Source: a virus (Duplodnaviria; Caudoviricetes). From it: a stretch of 34,945 bases of DNA. The DNA lies in IMG/VR virus record IMGVR_UViG_3300035561_000189, positions 1 to 34,945 of that record; one strand, written 5' to 3'. Both the position numbers and the translations under genes were made by a program. The number at the start of each line of letters is the position of its first letter. Position 1 is the stretch's first letter. The notes below the pieces were generated by a model, which was not told where the DNA came from, did not search any database, and saw only the letters and a program-made list of their open reading frames with translations. Shown piece by piece: positions 24,957 through 33,671 of this stretch.

Positions 24957-26207
24957 TTAAACTCAACCGCAGTTGCTCTTAACGAGCCTTTGGCTTCATT
25001 GCTCACTACAATGGGTTGGTTGACAACAACCCTACCCGGATAGCCTGTAGCGTCCAGGTAATTTTGCCGGATGTTCCGGCTAGCGTTAAGGTCAGCATTT
25101 AAGGAGAAACCACAATGTTTGCACTTAAAGATAGCTTGAGAAGTTCTGTTAGAACGAGAAGTATAGCCACAGACAGAACACTTTTGCGAAGTGTAGCGGC
25201 TGTCAACATAATCAATTCGTATTCCTTTAGCTTCGGCCTTGTAAGTAAGAAACTGTTGAAGTTGGAAGAAATTCCATTTGTGCAATTGTTTGCGTTGTTT
25301 TTTCCGAAGCCGGGATGTTTGTCGAATAGACTTCAAATCTTCAAGTACAATTACATTTCCTGGTTGCATGGATTGAATAATATGTTTGCTGACCACGTGA
25401 TTAACATCGGCCCTAAAACGGTTCTCCTTCTTAGAAAGCTTACGAAGGTGCCTTTTGGCCGATTTACTACCACAAGACTGAAGTTTAGTCCTAAGTTTTT
25501 CATAACGGCGGGAAACATGTTTAATATGGCCGCCACCAAAAAACTGGTTGTTAGAGGTTACAGCAATGTTATTAATGCCCCTGTCTGTACCAACAACCTC
25601 GCCCGTAAGGGGGACATCGGAGATCTCTTGTTCAAAGACAATATGCAGGAAAACGCCGTTTTTCCTCAAGAACAAGTCAGTGGTAGTCCGTCTCCAGTCA
25701 AGATATTGTTTAAAGTATGCGGGCACGATGATGGGGAATTTCTTTCTGCCGTCAACAGTGAGGAGAGAAACTTCGTTTCGCTCAAACCAGACATTGTAAC
25801 TCCTGGCGTCATACCTCACCGCGCAAAGCTTACTTTGGGGACAGGATACATTTTCTTGTTTCTTAAGCCGGTCCCGGGCGGATTTAAGCGCTTCCGTGGC
25901 TTTCATCCGTGCGGAGATTGCCAACTGGGAAGGGAGGTAGCTCCTTGTGGCTTGATATGTTTTATGGTGCAGCGAGACGCCATTAAAATCCCCCTCCCGC
26001 CACCCCATTTGGCAAACGTAGTTAAAAGCGGTGGTATACGCTTCCAACGTTGGTTTAATTTCAGCGGGAGAGATATTGAGTTTGAGTTTAATGGTGCGTG
26101 TTAGTTTCATATTCATATACTACCATATTACAAAATATTTATCAAGAAGAAAGGAGTAGGCCAATTTCTCCCCCGTTTAAAACCGGAGGTATCCTTAGCC
26201 GGTAATG
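24922..26207 (-). mobile_element. IS200/IS605-family tnpB-only (IS1341-like) element
   Basis: terminal hairpins CCCCGTCTAAAGACGGAGG and CCCCGTTTAAAACCGGAGG; right end ...GGTAGTTGAC; removal restores terS ...ESGNDENTR* overlapping terL. Confidence 0.88.
24923..26110 (-). CDS. tnpB: RNA-guided endonuclease TnpB
   Basis: RuvC D (GTDRG), E (LEDL), D (NADLNA); CSVCG...CKHCG Zn finger; promoter TTGATA-17-TAGTAT just upstream suggests a leaderless mRNA. Confidence 0.93.
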   Translation of the reverse strand: MKLTRTIKLKLNISPAEIKPTLEAYTTAFNYVCQMGWREGDFNGVSLHHKTYQATRSYLPSQLAISARMKATEALKSARDRLKKQENVSCPQSKLCAVRYDARSYNVWFERNEVSLLTVDGRKKFPIIVPAYFKQYLDWRRTTTDLFLRKNGVFLHIVFEQEISDVPLTGEVVGTDRGINNIAVTSNNQFFGGGHIKHVSRRYEKLRTKLQSCGSKSAKRHLRKLSKKENRFRADVNHVVSKHIIQSMQPGNVIVLEDLKSIRQTSRLRKKQRKQLHKWNFFQLQQFLTYKAEAKGIRIDYVDSRYTSQKCSVCGYTSRSNRTSQAIFKCKHCGFSLNADLNASRNIRQNYLDATGYPGRVVVNQPIVVSNEAKGSLRATAVEFNYKPPSLDGGS

Positions 26208-27620
26208 ATGAAAATACCAGATGAATATAAACAAGCGCTTGTCCGAGGTAAAAATGACCCGGTTTTCTTTTGCCGGTATTTTTTAGGGCTAGAGCCGCAT
26301 TCAGGGCAGCAAACATGGTTACAAAAAAGCACCAGAAAAGAAAATCTTTTAGTAACAGGTAATAGATTCGGCAAAAGCCATATTGCCGCCGCTAAGCGTA
26401 TCTGGAAAATTACTTATAAGATTGGCTGGCTGCAGTATGATCCCAGGAAAATCTATTCTTCGGTTAACGCGAGTATCACGGCTGATCAGGCTCGGATAAT
26501 CTGGGATAAGGTTATGACCATACTGCAGCAGGCGCCTAAATTGCATTGGTTGATTGACGAGAAGAAAACCAAACAGACGCCGTTTCCAACCTTGGTTTTT
26601 AGAAACGGCAGTCAGCTTCAGGCCAGGTCAACACAGAGAAACGGCATTTACCTTCTGGGTCATGATTATGATGACTTTAATTTCGACGAGGCGGCTTACC
26701 AGAAGGGGCTTACACAGCTTCTTGATAATGTAATCCGTATGCGCCTGGCTGACCGGAACGGAAATTTAGATTTTACCAGCACGGCAAATAAGCGAAATGA
26801 TTATTACCGGCTATACTTACGAGGCATAGAGGGCGCCAAAGAATATGACCCATCCTGTTACAGCCAGACCGGGAATTCTTTTGATAATCCTTATGTGAGC
26901 CATGAAGCGTTGGAAAGGATTGCCAAACATATGACCGCCGATATGAAAAAGCAGAATATTGAAGGCGGTTTTCCCGATTCTTCAGGGGAAGTGTTTACTG
27001 GTGAACAGGTAGAGTTTTTATTTGATCAGGATACTGAGTTTGATCACTGGGGCCGAATTGACCAGGAAGACAGTACAGCCGAATTATGCTGGAACGATCC
27101 GCAACCGGGCCGGCAGTATTATCACGGCTGGGATTTGGCTAAAAAGCAAGACTGGACGGTCGGGTTTACAATTGACGTAATGAAAAATCCCTGGCAGGTT
27201 GTAGCATATGAGCGTTTTCAGCACCGGCCATGGCCGTATGTTTATGAGCGAATCAGGCACCGGCATAAACTGTATGCCGGCAAAGGCACGAGTGAAACAT
27301 GGATAGATTGCACTGGTGTTGGTGATGTGGTGCTGGATGAATTGCAAGATATCCAGGCGCAGGGATTTAATTTCGGCGGAGGCAAGGCTAAAGTGAATAT
27401 GTTGACCAATATGCAAACAGTGCTGCAGAATAAAGCGTTGAAAAGCCCGTGGATCAGGCAATGTGTAGATGAGTTTAGTTTTTACGAATGGGATGATGAA
27501 GATTTGGTTCAAGATTGCGTAATGGCTCTGGGTGTGGTGTTGTGGGGAGCCAGAGACTTGGGATTGCCGATTGACAAGGAAACCAGGGAACTTTTAAGGG
27601 GGGCCAGTTTATATGCCTAG
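26208..27620 (+). CDS. terL: terminase large subunit
   Basis: TGNRFGKS, FDEAA, FTST, GWDLAK..DWT, DCVMAL. Confidence 0.9.
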   Translation: MKIPDEYKQALVRGKNDPVFFCRYFLGLEPHSGQQTWLQKSTRKENLLVTGNRFGKSHIAAAKRIWKITYKIGWLQYDPRKIYSSVNASITADQARIIWDKVMTILQQAPKLHWLIDEKKTKQTPFPTLVFRNGSQLQARSTQRNGIYLLGHDYDDFNFDEAAYQKGLTQLLDNVIRMRLADRNGNLDFTSTANKRNDYYRLYLRGIEGAKEYDPSCYSQTGNSFDNPYVSHEALERIAKHMTADMKKQNIEGGFPDSSGEVFTGEQVEFLFDQDTEFDHWGRIDQEDSTAELCWNDPQPGRQYYHGWDLAKKQDWTVGFTIDVMKNPWQVVAYERFQHRPWPYVYERIRHRHKLYAGKGTSETWIDCTGVGDVVLDELQDIQAQGFNFGGGKAKVNMLTNMQTVLQNKALKSPWIRQCVDEFSFYEWDDEDLVQDCVMALGVVLWGARDLGLPIDKETRELLRGASLYA

Positions 27621-28062
27621 GCTAAAACATGGACTATATCGGAATAAAGAGGGGGAAATAAACAGGCTTTACCGAATCTGGGAGGGCATGAGGCGGCGTT
27701 GTAATAACCCCAACCAAGATGCGTATAAAAACTATGGAGCACGTGGAATTTTTGTTTGCTCTGAATGGCAAAGTGATTTCAAGGTGTTTCACGAATGGGC
27801 CATGGCAAATGGATACCAAAACAGCTTAACTATCGAAAGGATAGATAATGAAAAAGGTTACTCTCCTGACAATTGCAAATGGGTAACTCGTAAGGAACAA
27901 GCTAATAATTCAAGGCATAATCGCTTGATAACTTATAAGGGCAAGACAAAAACAGTGGCTCAATGGGCAGAGGAAAAAGGTATTAATCCAAAAACCCTTC
28001 GTAAGCGTTTATGGAATGGCTGGGATGTTGAGAGCGCGTTGGAGCAAAGCGTGAGGTCTTAG
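27613..28062 (+). CDS. HNH-type (homing-like) endonuclease
   Basis: RLYRIWEGMRRRC...YGARGI.VC.EW...LTIERIDNEKGYSPDNCKW...QANN plus C-terminal HTH. Confidence 0.85.
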   Translation: MPRLKHGLYRNKEGEINRLYRIWEGMRRRCNNPNQDAYKNYGARGIFVCSEWQSDFKVFHEWAMANGYQNSLTIERIDNEKGYSPDNCKWVTRKEQANNSRHNRLITYKGKTKTVAQWAEEKGINPKTLRKRLWNGWDVESALEQSVRS

Positions 28063-28078
28063 GGGAACTGATTAAGGA

Positions 28079-29593
28079 GTGTTTCTTTTGGTTAAAACCA
28101 ACCTTCGCCGGCAAAACCGGCGTAACATCATCCAGCGAATGCTTGCTCCCCTGGGTGAAATATCAGTTTTAAGAAACTCCTGGCCATCCGGCTGGGGTTT
28201 TAAATTCATGACGTCATATGCGCTTGACAGCAGCCGGGTTGATTATGATTTAGCCCGGCAACTTTACCGGAATACGGCAGATAAATATAAGCTGGGCGCT
28301 GGATTTGCGAAGCCGGTTATAAACACCACTGCTGGGTTTATGGGTGCGCCGCATTTTACTCACGTTGACCCGGAGGCAGACCAGAATCTTGAAAAGTTTA
28401 TTACCAGGTGGACCGGTAAGATACTGCGGGTAAACCGTAATGTTTTGAGAGATGGCGACGTATTCGCTCGGATTGTCAGGGCACCAAATAAATTTAATTC
28501 AAAGCAGGAAATATTTGAATTAATATTAATACCACCGGAATGGATTATGCCAATTCCAGACCCGCTTACGGGACAATGGCAGCAATTGATTATAAAGCAT
28601 CCGGTCATAATAACCGATAACCAGGGCAGGAAGGTAATAGATTATACTGTAACTGAAACATTAACACCAAAAACAAGGAAAATCGAAGCCGATAGCCGGG
28701 CGCCGGCAGAGGTGAGACAACAAAATAGGGAAGAGCCCAACCCCTGGGGTTTTATTCCGGTGGTTCACTTCAAGAATGAGGCGGAGGAAAATCAACTTTA
28801 CGGCTGTTCAGACCTGGAGCCGGTTGAACCATTCATGAAGGTATATCATGACATCATGATGTTTGCTGCACAAGGAAGTAAAATGTTCAGCCGACCGAAA
28901 GCAAAGTTTAGTTTGAAGTCAGTTGACAAGTTTCTGAGGGATAACTTTGGTGAAGATGAGATCAAAACTGGTAAGTTGAAGTTTATGGATAAAGAGATAT
29001 TCTTAATGCAAGAAGGAGATAACGCCAGTTTTATTACTGCAGACAGCGGGCTTGCTGGAATTACAACCCTTTTAAAATTTATATATTTTAATATTGTTGA
29101 CGTGAGCGAAACTCCCGAATTCGCATTTGGTACGGCAGTGGCCAGTTCAAAGGCTTCTGTATCTGAGCAGATGGTTCCCCTGGCCCGGAAAATACGGCGC
29201 AAGCGGGGGATGTTCGAGGAGTATTACAATGAACTGGCTAGCATGTATCTGGCAATGTGGGCGAAAGTCAATAATCGGCGGCTTGATAACTATCAGGTTG
29301 ATGTGGGCTGGGAGGAATTAAGCCCGAAGAATGACAAGGAAGTTGCAGAAACGGTGAAGGTTTTGACAGAAGGATTAGCCACTGGTGTAGAAGCTGGACT
29401 GCTTTCGGTGGATGCCGCTTCTGAATTCTTAAGGGAGTTTGTACCCAGCATGATGCCTTTCGTGGACGAGGGTGCCGATGACGACGAAAGGCGCAGGATT
29501 GCTAAAAGTTTTGCACTCCTTTGGAGACTTAAGGATGGCCAGGGATTAGAGGAACCAGAGGAACCGGAGATACCGGCAGGGGCGGTGGAGTAA
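28079..29593 (+). CDS. portal protein
   Basis: position, ~500 aa, NPWGFIPVVHFKN...YGCSDL...SETPEFAFG. Confidence 0.85.
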   Translation: MFLLVKTNLRRQNRRNIIQRMLAPLGEISVLRNSWPSGWGFKFMTSYALDSSRVDYDLARQLYRNTADKYKLGAGFAKPVINTTAGFMGAPHFTHVDPEADQNLEKFITRWTGKILRVNRNVLRDGDVFARIVRAPNKFNSKQEIFELILIPPEWIMPIPDPLTGQWQQLIIKHPVIITDNQGRKVIDYTVTETLTPKTRKIEADSRAPAEVRQQNREEPNPWGFIPVVHFKNEAEENQLYGCSDLEPVEPFMKVYHDIMMFAAQGSKMFSRPKAKFSLKSVDKFLRDNFGEDEIKTGKLKFMDKEIFLMQEGDNASFITADSGLAGITTLLKFIYFNIVDVSETPEFAFGTAVASSKASVSEQMVPLARKIRRKRGMFEEYYNELASMYLAMWAKVNNRRLDNYQVDVGWEELSPKNDKEVAETVKVLTEGLATGVEAGLLSVDAASEFLREFVPSMMPFVDEGADDDERRRIAKSFALLWRLKDGQGLEEPEEPEIPAGAVE

Positions 29594-29596
29594 TCT

Positions 29597-31408
29597 ATGG
29601 CCGTCCTTAAAGATGAATGGATAAAACTTTCTGGAGACGAAAGTTATGCAGAATACTTATTTGCCGCTAGAAAAGGGTTCGAAAAAGGTGAATCCGCTAC
29701 CTTACAGGAAGTCCGCAGGGTATACCAGAGGGCGGCCGACAAAATTAGGCGCAATCTGGAAGATACGGGATTAGGCGGTCCTGCAACCAGAGCTTATCAG
29801 GAACTGTTAGAGAAAAAGCTACGTGAGGCGGCCAAGAACATCAGCAAAGAAAGCCTGGCTGCTATCCAAAACGGCATTACCATGGCCGTTGGCGCCGGCA
29901 CAGAAGGGCCAAAGCAGATTGCCCTTGATTTACTAAAGGAGAATTTTGACGTCAGGGATGTGGATTATTTATTTGTCAATATCAACCAGAGGGCTCTTTT
30001 GGCTTTGTTGTCTAGGACCGCTCAGGATGGGTTAAAGTTATCGGACCGCGTTTGGAGGATTGAACGGAGTTACCGGAGGGCGCTGCAGAAGTTGGTTGAG
30101 GACGGCGTAGCCAGGGGGTTGAATTCCCGCAAGCTGGCCAGAGAAGTGCAGAAATACCTGCAGCCAGGGGTCTGGACGGCGCATAAACTGGAGACAAGAA
30201 GAAGGTTGGGGGTACCCAAAGACGTAAGTTATGAGGCCATGCGCCTGGCCAGGACGGAGCTGAATAATGCTTTTCATGAAGGAATGATAACGGCTAGCCG
30301 TGCTACACCTAGCTATGAAGGTATTTTTTGGCGGCTCAGTGGGAGCCATAGGGTTCCTGATGTGTGTGAAGATTACGCAGCTCATAATGGTAATGGTTTT
30401 TGGCCTAAAGGAGAGGAGCCGGTACGTCCTCATCCGCAATGTTTTTGTGTAACTTTTCCAGCACATCAGTCGCCGGAGCAGTTTGCTGACCGATTGAAAA
30501 ATTGGGTTAAAAATCCAGGTAATGACACAAAACTGGAAACGTGGTATAATAATATAGCTAGGCAATTTTTAAAGAGACCTTCGCCTTTTGCAAAAGTTTT
30601 AGAACCACAAATATTAAGCAACCAGACGCTAAACCTGGCGCAGGATGTTTTAGCTGAAAAAAAGAACAGAAAAGAACTTGCCCGGTATATGTTAGATGAA
30701 ATTGGGCTAAATAATGTTCCGGTTGAGTTTCGGGTAATGAATGATTGGGGTTGCTGCCAATTAAGTTTTGACCGGAGCCAGGAGGCTCCGATAAGCATAA
30801 CCGGGGTTGTTTTGAATCAAGGGGATACCAGGCCGCTGGAATATCGGATAAAGACTATTTTTCATGAAATTACCCATGCCAGGATGTACAAAGCTAAAAG
30901 TATCCCAAATGATCAATTGCTTTGGAATATACAGCACGGGATGCAATACGAGGAAATAATTGCTGAAACTGTGGCCAATTATCTCACTAAAACAGTCGGG
31001 ATTACTAAGGAGTTCAAGCCCGCTTATTCAAATTACCTGGTGGCTAACCTGCCAAGGTTGAAACAATTGCCTGAATTTGTTGGGTGTAATACTGTAGCTG
31101 ATTTTGGGGAAGTTTTAGTAAAATATAGGTACGGAAACAAAAGGATTATTGGATGGGGAGAACTTAAAAACCAAATTGAAAGTCAACCTTTCGATTTGGT
31201 TGGCTATGCCAAACAGTACGAGGAATATGTAAAAAAGCACAAAGACGAAATAATTGAGGTTATTTTTGAAGCAACAGGATCTAACAATCAAGAAACCAAA
31301 AGCCATATCAGCCAAAGTATTGATAGAGGATGGGCAAACTATAATATTAATGAGCCTGGTTTTCTGGATAGCCTTATTATAGCCATGAACCGGTTGGGGG
31401 TGAAATGA
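29597..31408 (+). CDS. MuF-like minor head protein with C-terminal HExxH domain
   Basis: RLARTE...H...DVC...PHPQCFC; extension with IFHEITH and EEIIAE. Confidence 0.8.
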   Translation: MAVLKDEWIKLSGDESYAEYLFAARKGFEKGESATLQEVRRVYQRAADKIRRNLEDTGLGGPATRAYQELLEKKLREAAKNISKESLAAIQNGITMAVGAGTEGPKQIALDLLKENFDVRDVDYLFVNINQRALLALLSRTAQDGLKLSDRVWRIERSYRRALQKLVEDGVARGLNSRKLAREVQKYLQPGVWTAHKLETRRRLGVPKDVSYEAMRLARTELNNAFHEGMITASRATPSYEGIFWRLSGSHRVPDVCEDYAAHNGNGFWPKGEEPVRPHPQCFCVTFPAHQSPEQFADRLKNWVKNPGNDTKLETWYNNIARQFLKRPSPFAKVLEPQILSNQTLNLAQDVLAEKKNRKELARYMLDEIGLNNVPVEFRVMNDWGCCQLSFDRSQEAPISITGVVLNQGDTRPLEYRIKTIFHEITHARMYKAKSIPNDQLLWNIQHGMQYEEIIAETVANYLTKTVGITKEFKPAYSNYLVANLPRLKQLPEFVGCNTVADFGEVLVKYRYGNKRIIGWGELKNQIESQPFDLVGYAKQYEEYVKKHKDEIIEVIFEATGSNNQETKSHISQSIDRGWANYNINEPGFLDSLIIAMNRLGVK

Positions 31409-31602
31409 TGATGCTATTGGCATATGAATATGAGAATTTGCTAATTGATTCCGGACATAAAGAGGAAGTCATGTCCATTCTGCAGGCATTGGATGAAACT
31501 GATCTTGTGATGCCGGAGATTACAAAGAAAAAGGAAATGCTGATTGAACGATTGAAAAGGCTCAAAGAGTTTAAAATTTATGAACGTTTGAAGGTGAAAT
31601 AA
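31405..31602 (+). CDS. small protein, candidate immunity partner
   Basis: ATGA overlap with the MuF-like gene; AT-rich like its C-terminal domain. Confidence 0.6.
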   Translation: MMMLLAYEYENLLIDSGHKEEVMSILQALDETDLVMPEITKKKEMLIERLKRLKEFKIYERLKVK

Positions 31603-31856
31603 TGTCGCCAGGAGGAAATATTCCTAAAGGAATGGAATTAACGAAGGCTCCGGAAGTAAAAAAACCGGAGCCTCTTAATTTAGAATTGGTAAATTACGTT
31701 GGTGCCATTCGCCGGGCTTTGGTTGGTTTGCCGGTTGAAGTACAGGTTATGAAATGCCTGGTCATAGAAGAAAATGGTAAGTTTCCCGAGGTGCAGTTGA
31801 TAATCACAGTGCTGGGCGAAAAGAAAGAGTATCATTACAAGGAGGGGACTGAATGA
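31602..31856 (+). CDS. hypothetical protein
   Basis: AAGGTG RBS; TAATG overlap. Confidence 0.65.
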   Translation: MSPGGNIPKGMELTKAPEVKKPEPLNLELVNYVGAIRRALVGLPVEVQVMKCLVIEENGKFPEVQLIITVLGEKKEYHYKEGTE

Positions 31857-32101
31857 GCGGACGCATACTTTACCATAATCCGCAGGGCAGATTCTTTGTT
31901 TCCAAAAACCCCGCAGACGGCAAATTCCAGAACCGGACGCCTGGTATCGTGCAGTTGAATAATCAGACGGGCGGGGTAATTGAAAACCGGCCCGGCCAGG
32001 TGGAAAAGCAGCCGGGGGTGCAGGTGCTGAGCCAGAAGCCGGAAAGCCAGGAACAGGCTTTGCCGGGGATAAGCGTTGTCAAATGGGGAGTGGGGAGGTG
32101 A
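31853..32101 (+). CDS. hypothetical protein
   Basis: GGAGG RBS; ATGA overlap; repeated PG motifs. Confidence 0.6.
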   Translation: MSGRILYHNPQGRFFVSKNPADGKFQNRTPGIVQLNNQTGGVIENRPGQVEKQPGVQVLSQKPESQEQALPGISVVKWGVGR

Positions 32102-32105
32102 AATT

Positions 32106-33650
32106 GTGGCGTTTAAAATCAAAAAAGGTGTAATATCAAACAAATCATGGGGTTCAATTGATAAGTCAGTAATCTGGCAACGTCTGAAGGCGGGCCTCCA
32201 GGACGGTGCCGACGGCGCGTGGGAAGCCGTTCGCGAGATGTATGCTGCGGTCAGGGCCGACATCAATGCCGACCTGACTGAGGCTGATGTGTTTGGTCCT
32301 CACCATGAAATTCAGCAGGACGGCAGCATAGTCCTCAACCGCGGCGGTGTTCTGGCTGCGGTACAAGCTTTACGAGGCGCAAGAGCAGAGCCCAATCTTA
32401 CGCCTGAACAAATACAACAGGCAGAAGCGCATTTGAAGCGGCATTATACAGAACTTGACTTGACCTGGCCCGAAGGTGAGATTATCCTGCTCCAAGCCGC
32501 TCTTACCGGAGAAATAGCTGTCGAAGATGTTCCCCTTGCTCCCGGAGTGGATTTAGCTGCGTTAAAAGCCGGAGATCCGGAGCCCTTGGAAATCATAGTA
32601 GAAATAGCGCCGGGTAAAAGCACCAGGGGATGGAATTACCTGCCGTCTACTGTGCAGAAAATAGTCCAGCAGGTAGCGACAAAAACGGTAGCCGGTTTTC
32701 TTGGTCACCAAAAGCCTGAGAACGTAGAGTTTGAGTTCCCTACGCCAGTTACTCATTGGGTGGGAGCAACTTACAAGGACGGCAAGGCTTACATTCGGGG
32801 CGTGGCGGACAAAGTAGCCGGAGACCTGAAGCGCTGGATTAAGGCAGGTCGGGTTAAGCAAGTGAGTATCTACGGGGTTGCTTCTCTCCAGGAAGAGAAA
32901 GGGGAAACCCAGGTAGTTGACTTTGACCTGATGAGCATAGATTGGACTCCCCTTGACAGGAACGGTATGCCTACCAAGATTGTGGCGGTGGGTGAAATTG
33001 ATTCTATTATTTACGGAGGTGTAAAAAAGTTGAATCTGCAGGAACTGTTGGCGGAATTAAAAAAACTGGGAGTTAATCCCAAGGTAGTGTTTGGCGAAAT
33101 GGGCTGGAGGTTTGAAGACGTAGCCGGCGAGGTGGCCGGCGAGATGTGGGCCGGGCTTCAGGCAGCGGTTAAGGCAATCGGCGAGATGGCCGGGCTGTTC
33201 GGTTTAAAAGACGCAAAGACAGAGGATGTTATAAGGGTAATTAAGGATTTAAAAGGCGCCAGCGAAACCAGTACAAAGACAATCGGCGAGATAGCGCAAC
33301 TTTTCGGCCTGGATAAGGATACCAAAACTGATGACCTGATAACTGCCGCAAAAGCAGCCCGGGAAATGCAGCTTAAGGCAGTTAAAGAAGAGCATGACAA
33401 ACTGGTTGATAGGGTTATCGGCGAAATGGTTGTGGCTGAAGCGGCAAGGCCGTTGGTCAAGATGATGCTCAAGATTGACGACGGCGCTGACGAGGCAGCA
33501 ATCAAGAAAGCCGTTGGTGAAATGCTGGCCAGGGACGATGTGAAAAAGAGTCTGGCCGGGGTGTTCAAGCAGGATGTTATCAGACCACAGCAGCCCAACC
33601 AGAACCAGCTTAGTAATACCGGTATTGCAGTTCGCCGGGTCGCAATTTGA
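32106..33650 (+). CDS. putative prohead protease / scaffold
   Basis: position; GFLGH...VSIYG...SIDW protease-like core; helical C-terminal part. Confidence 0.65.
   Translation: MAFKIKKGVISNKSWGSIDKSVIWQRLKAGLQDGADGAWEAVREMYAAVRADINADLTEADVFGPHHEIQQDGSIVLNRGGVLAAVQALRGARAEPNLTPEQIQQAEAHLKRHYTELDLTWPEGEIILLQAALTGEIAVEDVPLAPGVDLAALKAGDPEPLEIIVEIAPGKSTRGWNYLPSTVQKIVQQVATKTVAGFLGHQKPENVEFEFPTPVTHWVGATYKDGKAYIRGVADKVAGDLKRWIKAGRVKQVSIYGVASLQEEKGETQVVDFDLMSIDWTPLDRNGMPTKIVAVGEIDSIIYGGVKKLNLQELLAELKKLGVNPKVVFGEMGWRFEDVAGEVAGEMWAGLQAAVKAIGEMAGLFGLKDAKTEDVIRVIKDLKGASETSTKTIGEIAQLFGLDKDTKTDDLITAAKAAREMQLKAVKEEHDKLVDRVIGEMVVAEAARPLVKMMLKIDDGADEAAIKKAVGEMLARDDVKKSLAGVFKQDVIRPQQPNQNQLSNTGIAVRRVAI
33030..33650 (+). 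CDS. possible nested scaffold protein (internal in-frame start)
   Basis: GGAGGT at 33015-33020 and in-frame TTG at 33030. Confidence 0.5.
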   Translation: MNLQELLAELKKLGVNPKVVFGEMGWRFEDVAGEVAGEMWAGLQAAVKAIGEMAGLFGLKDAKTEDVIRVIKDLKGASETSTKTIGEIAQLFGLDKDTKTDDLITAAKAAREMQLKAVKEEHDKLVDRVIGEMVVAEAARPLVKMMLKIDDGADEAAIKKAVGEMLARDDVKKSLAGVFKQDVIRPQQPNQNQLSNTGIAVRRVAI

Positions 33651-33671
33651 ATTTAACGGAGGTGGAATAAA

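Noticed and set aside
25115-26104. 329-aa plus-strand ORF
   Set aside because: Antisense shadow of tnpB with no recognisable motifs.
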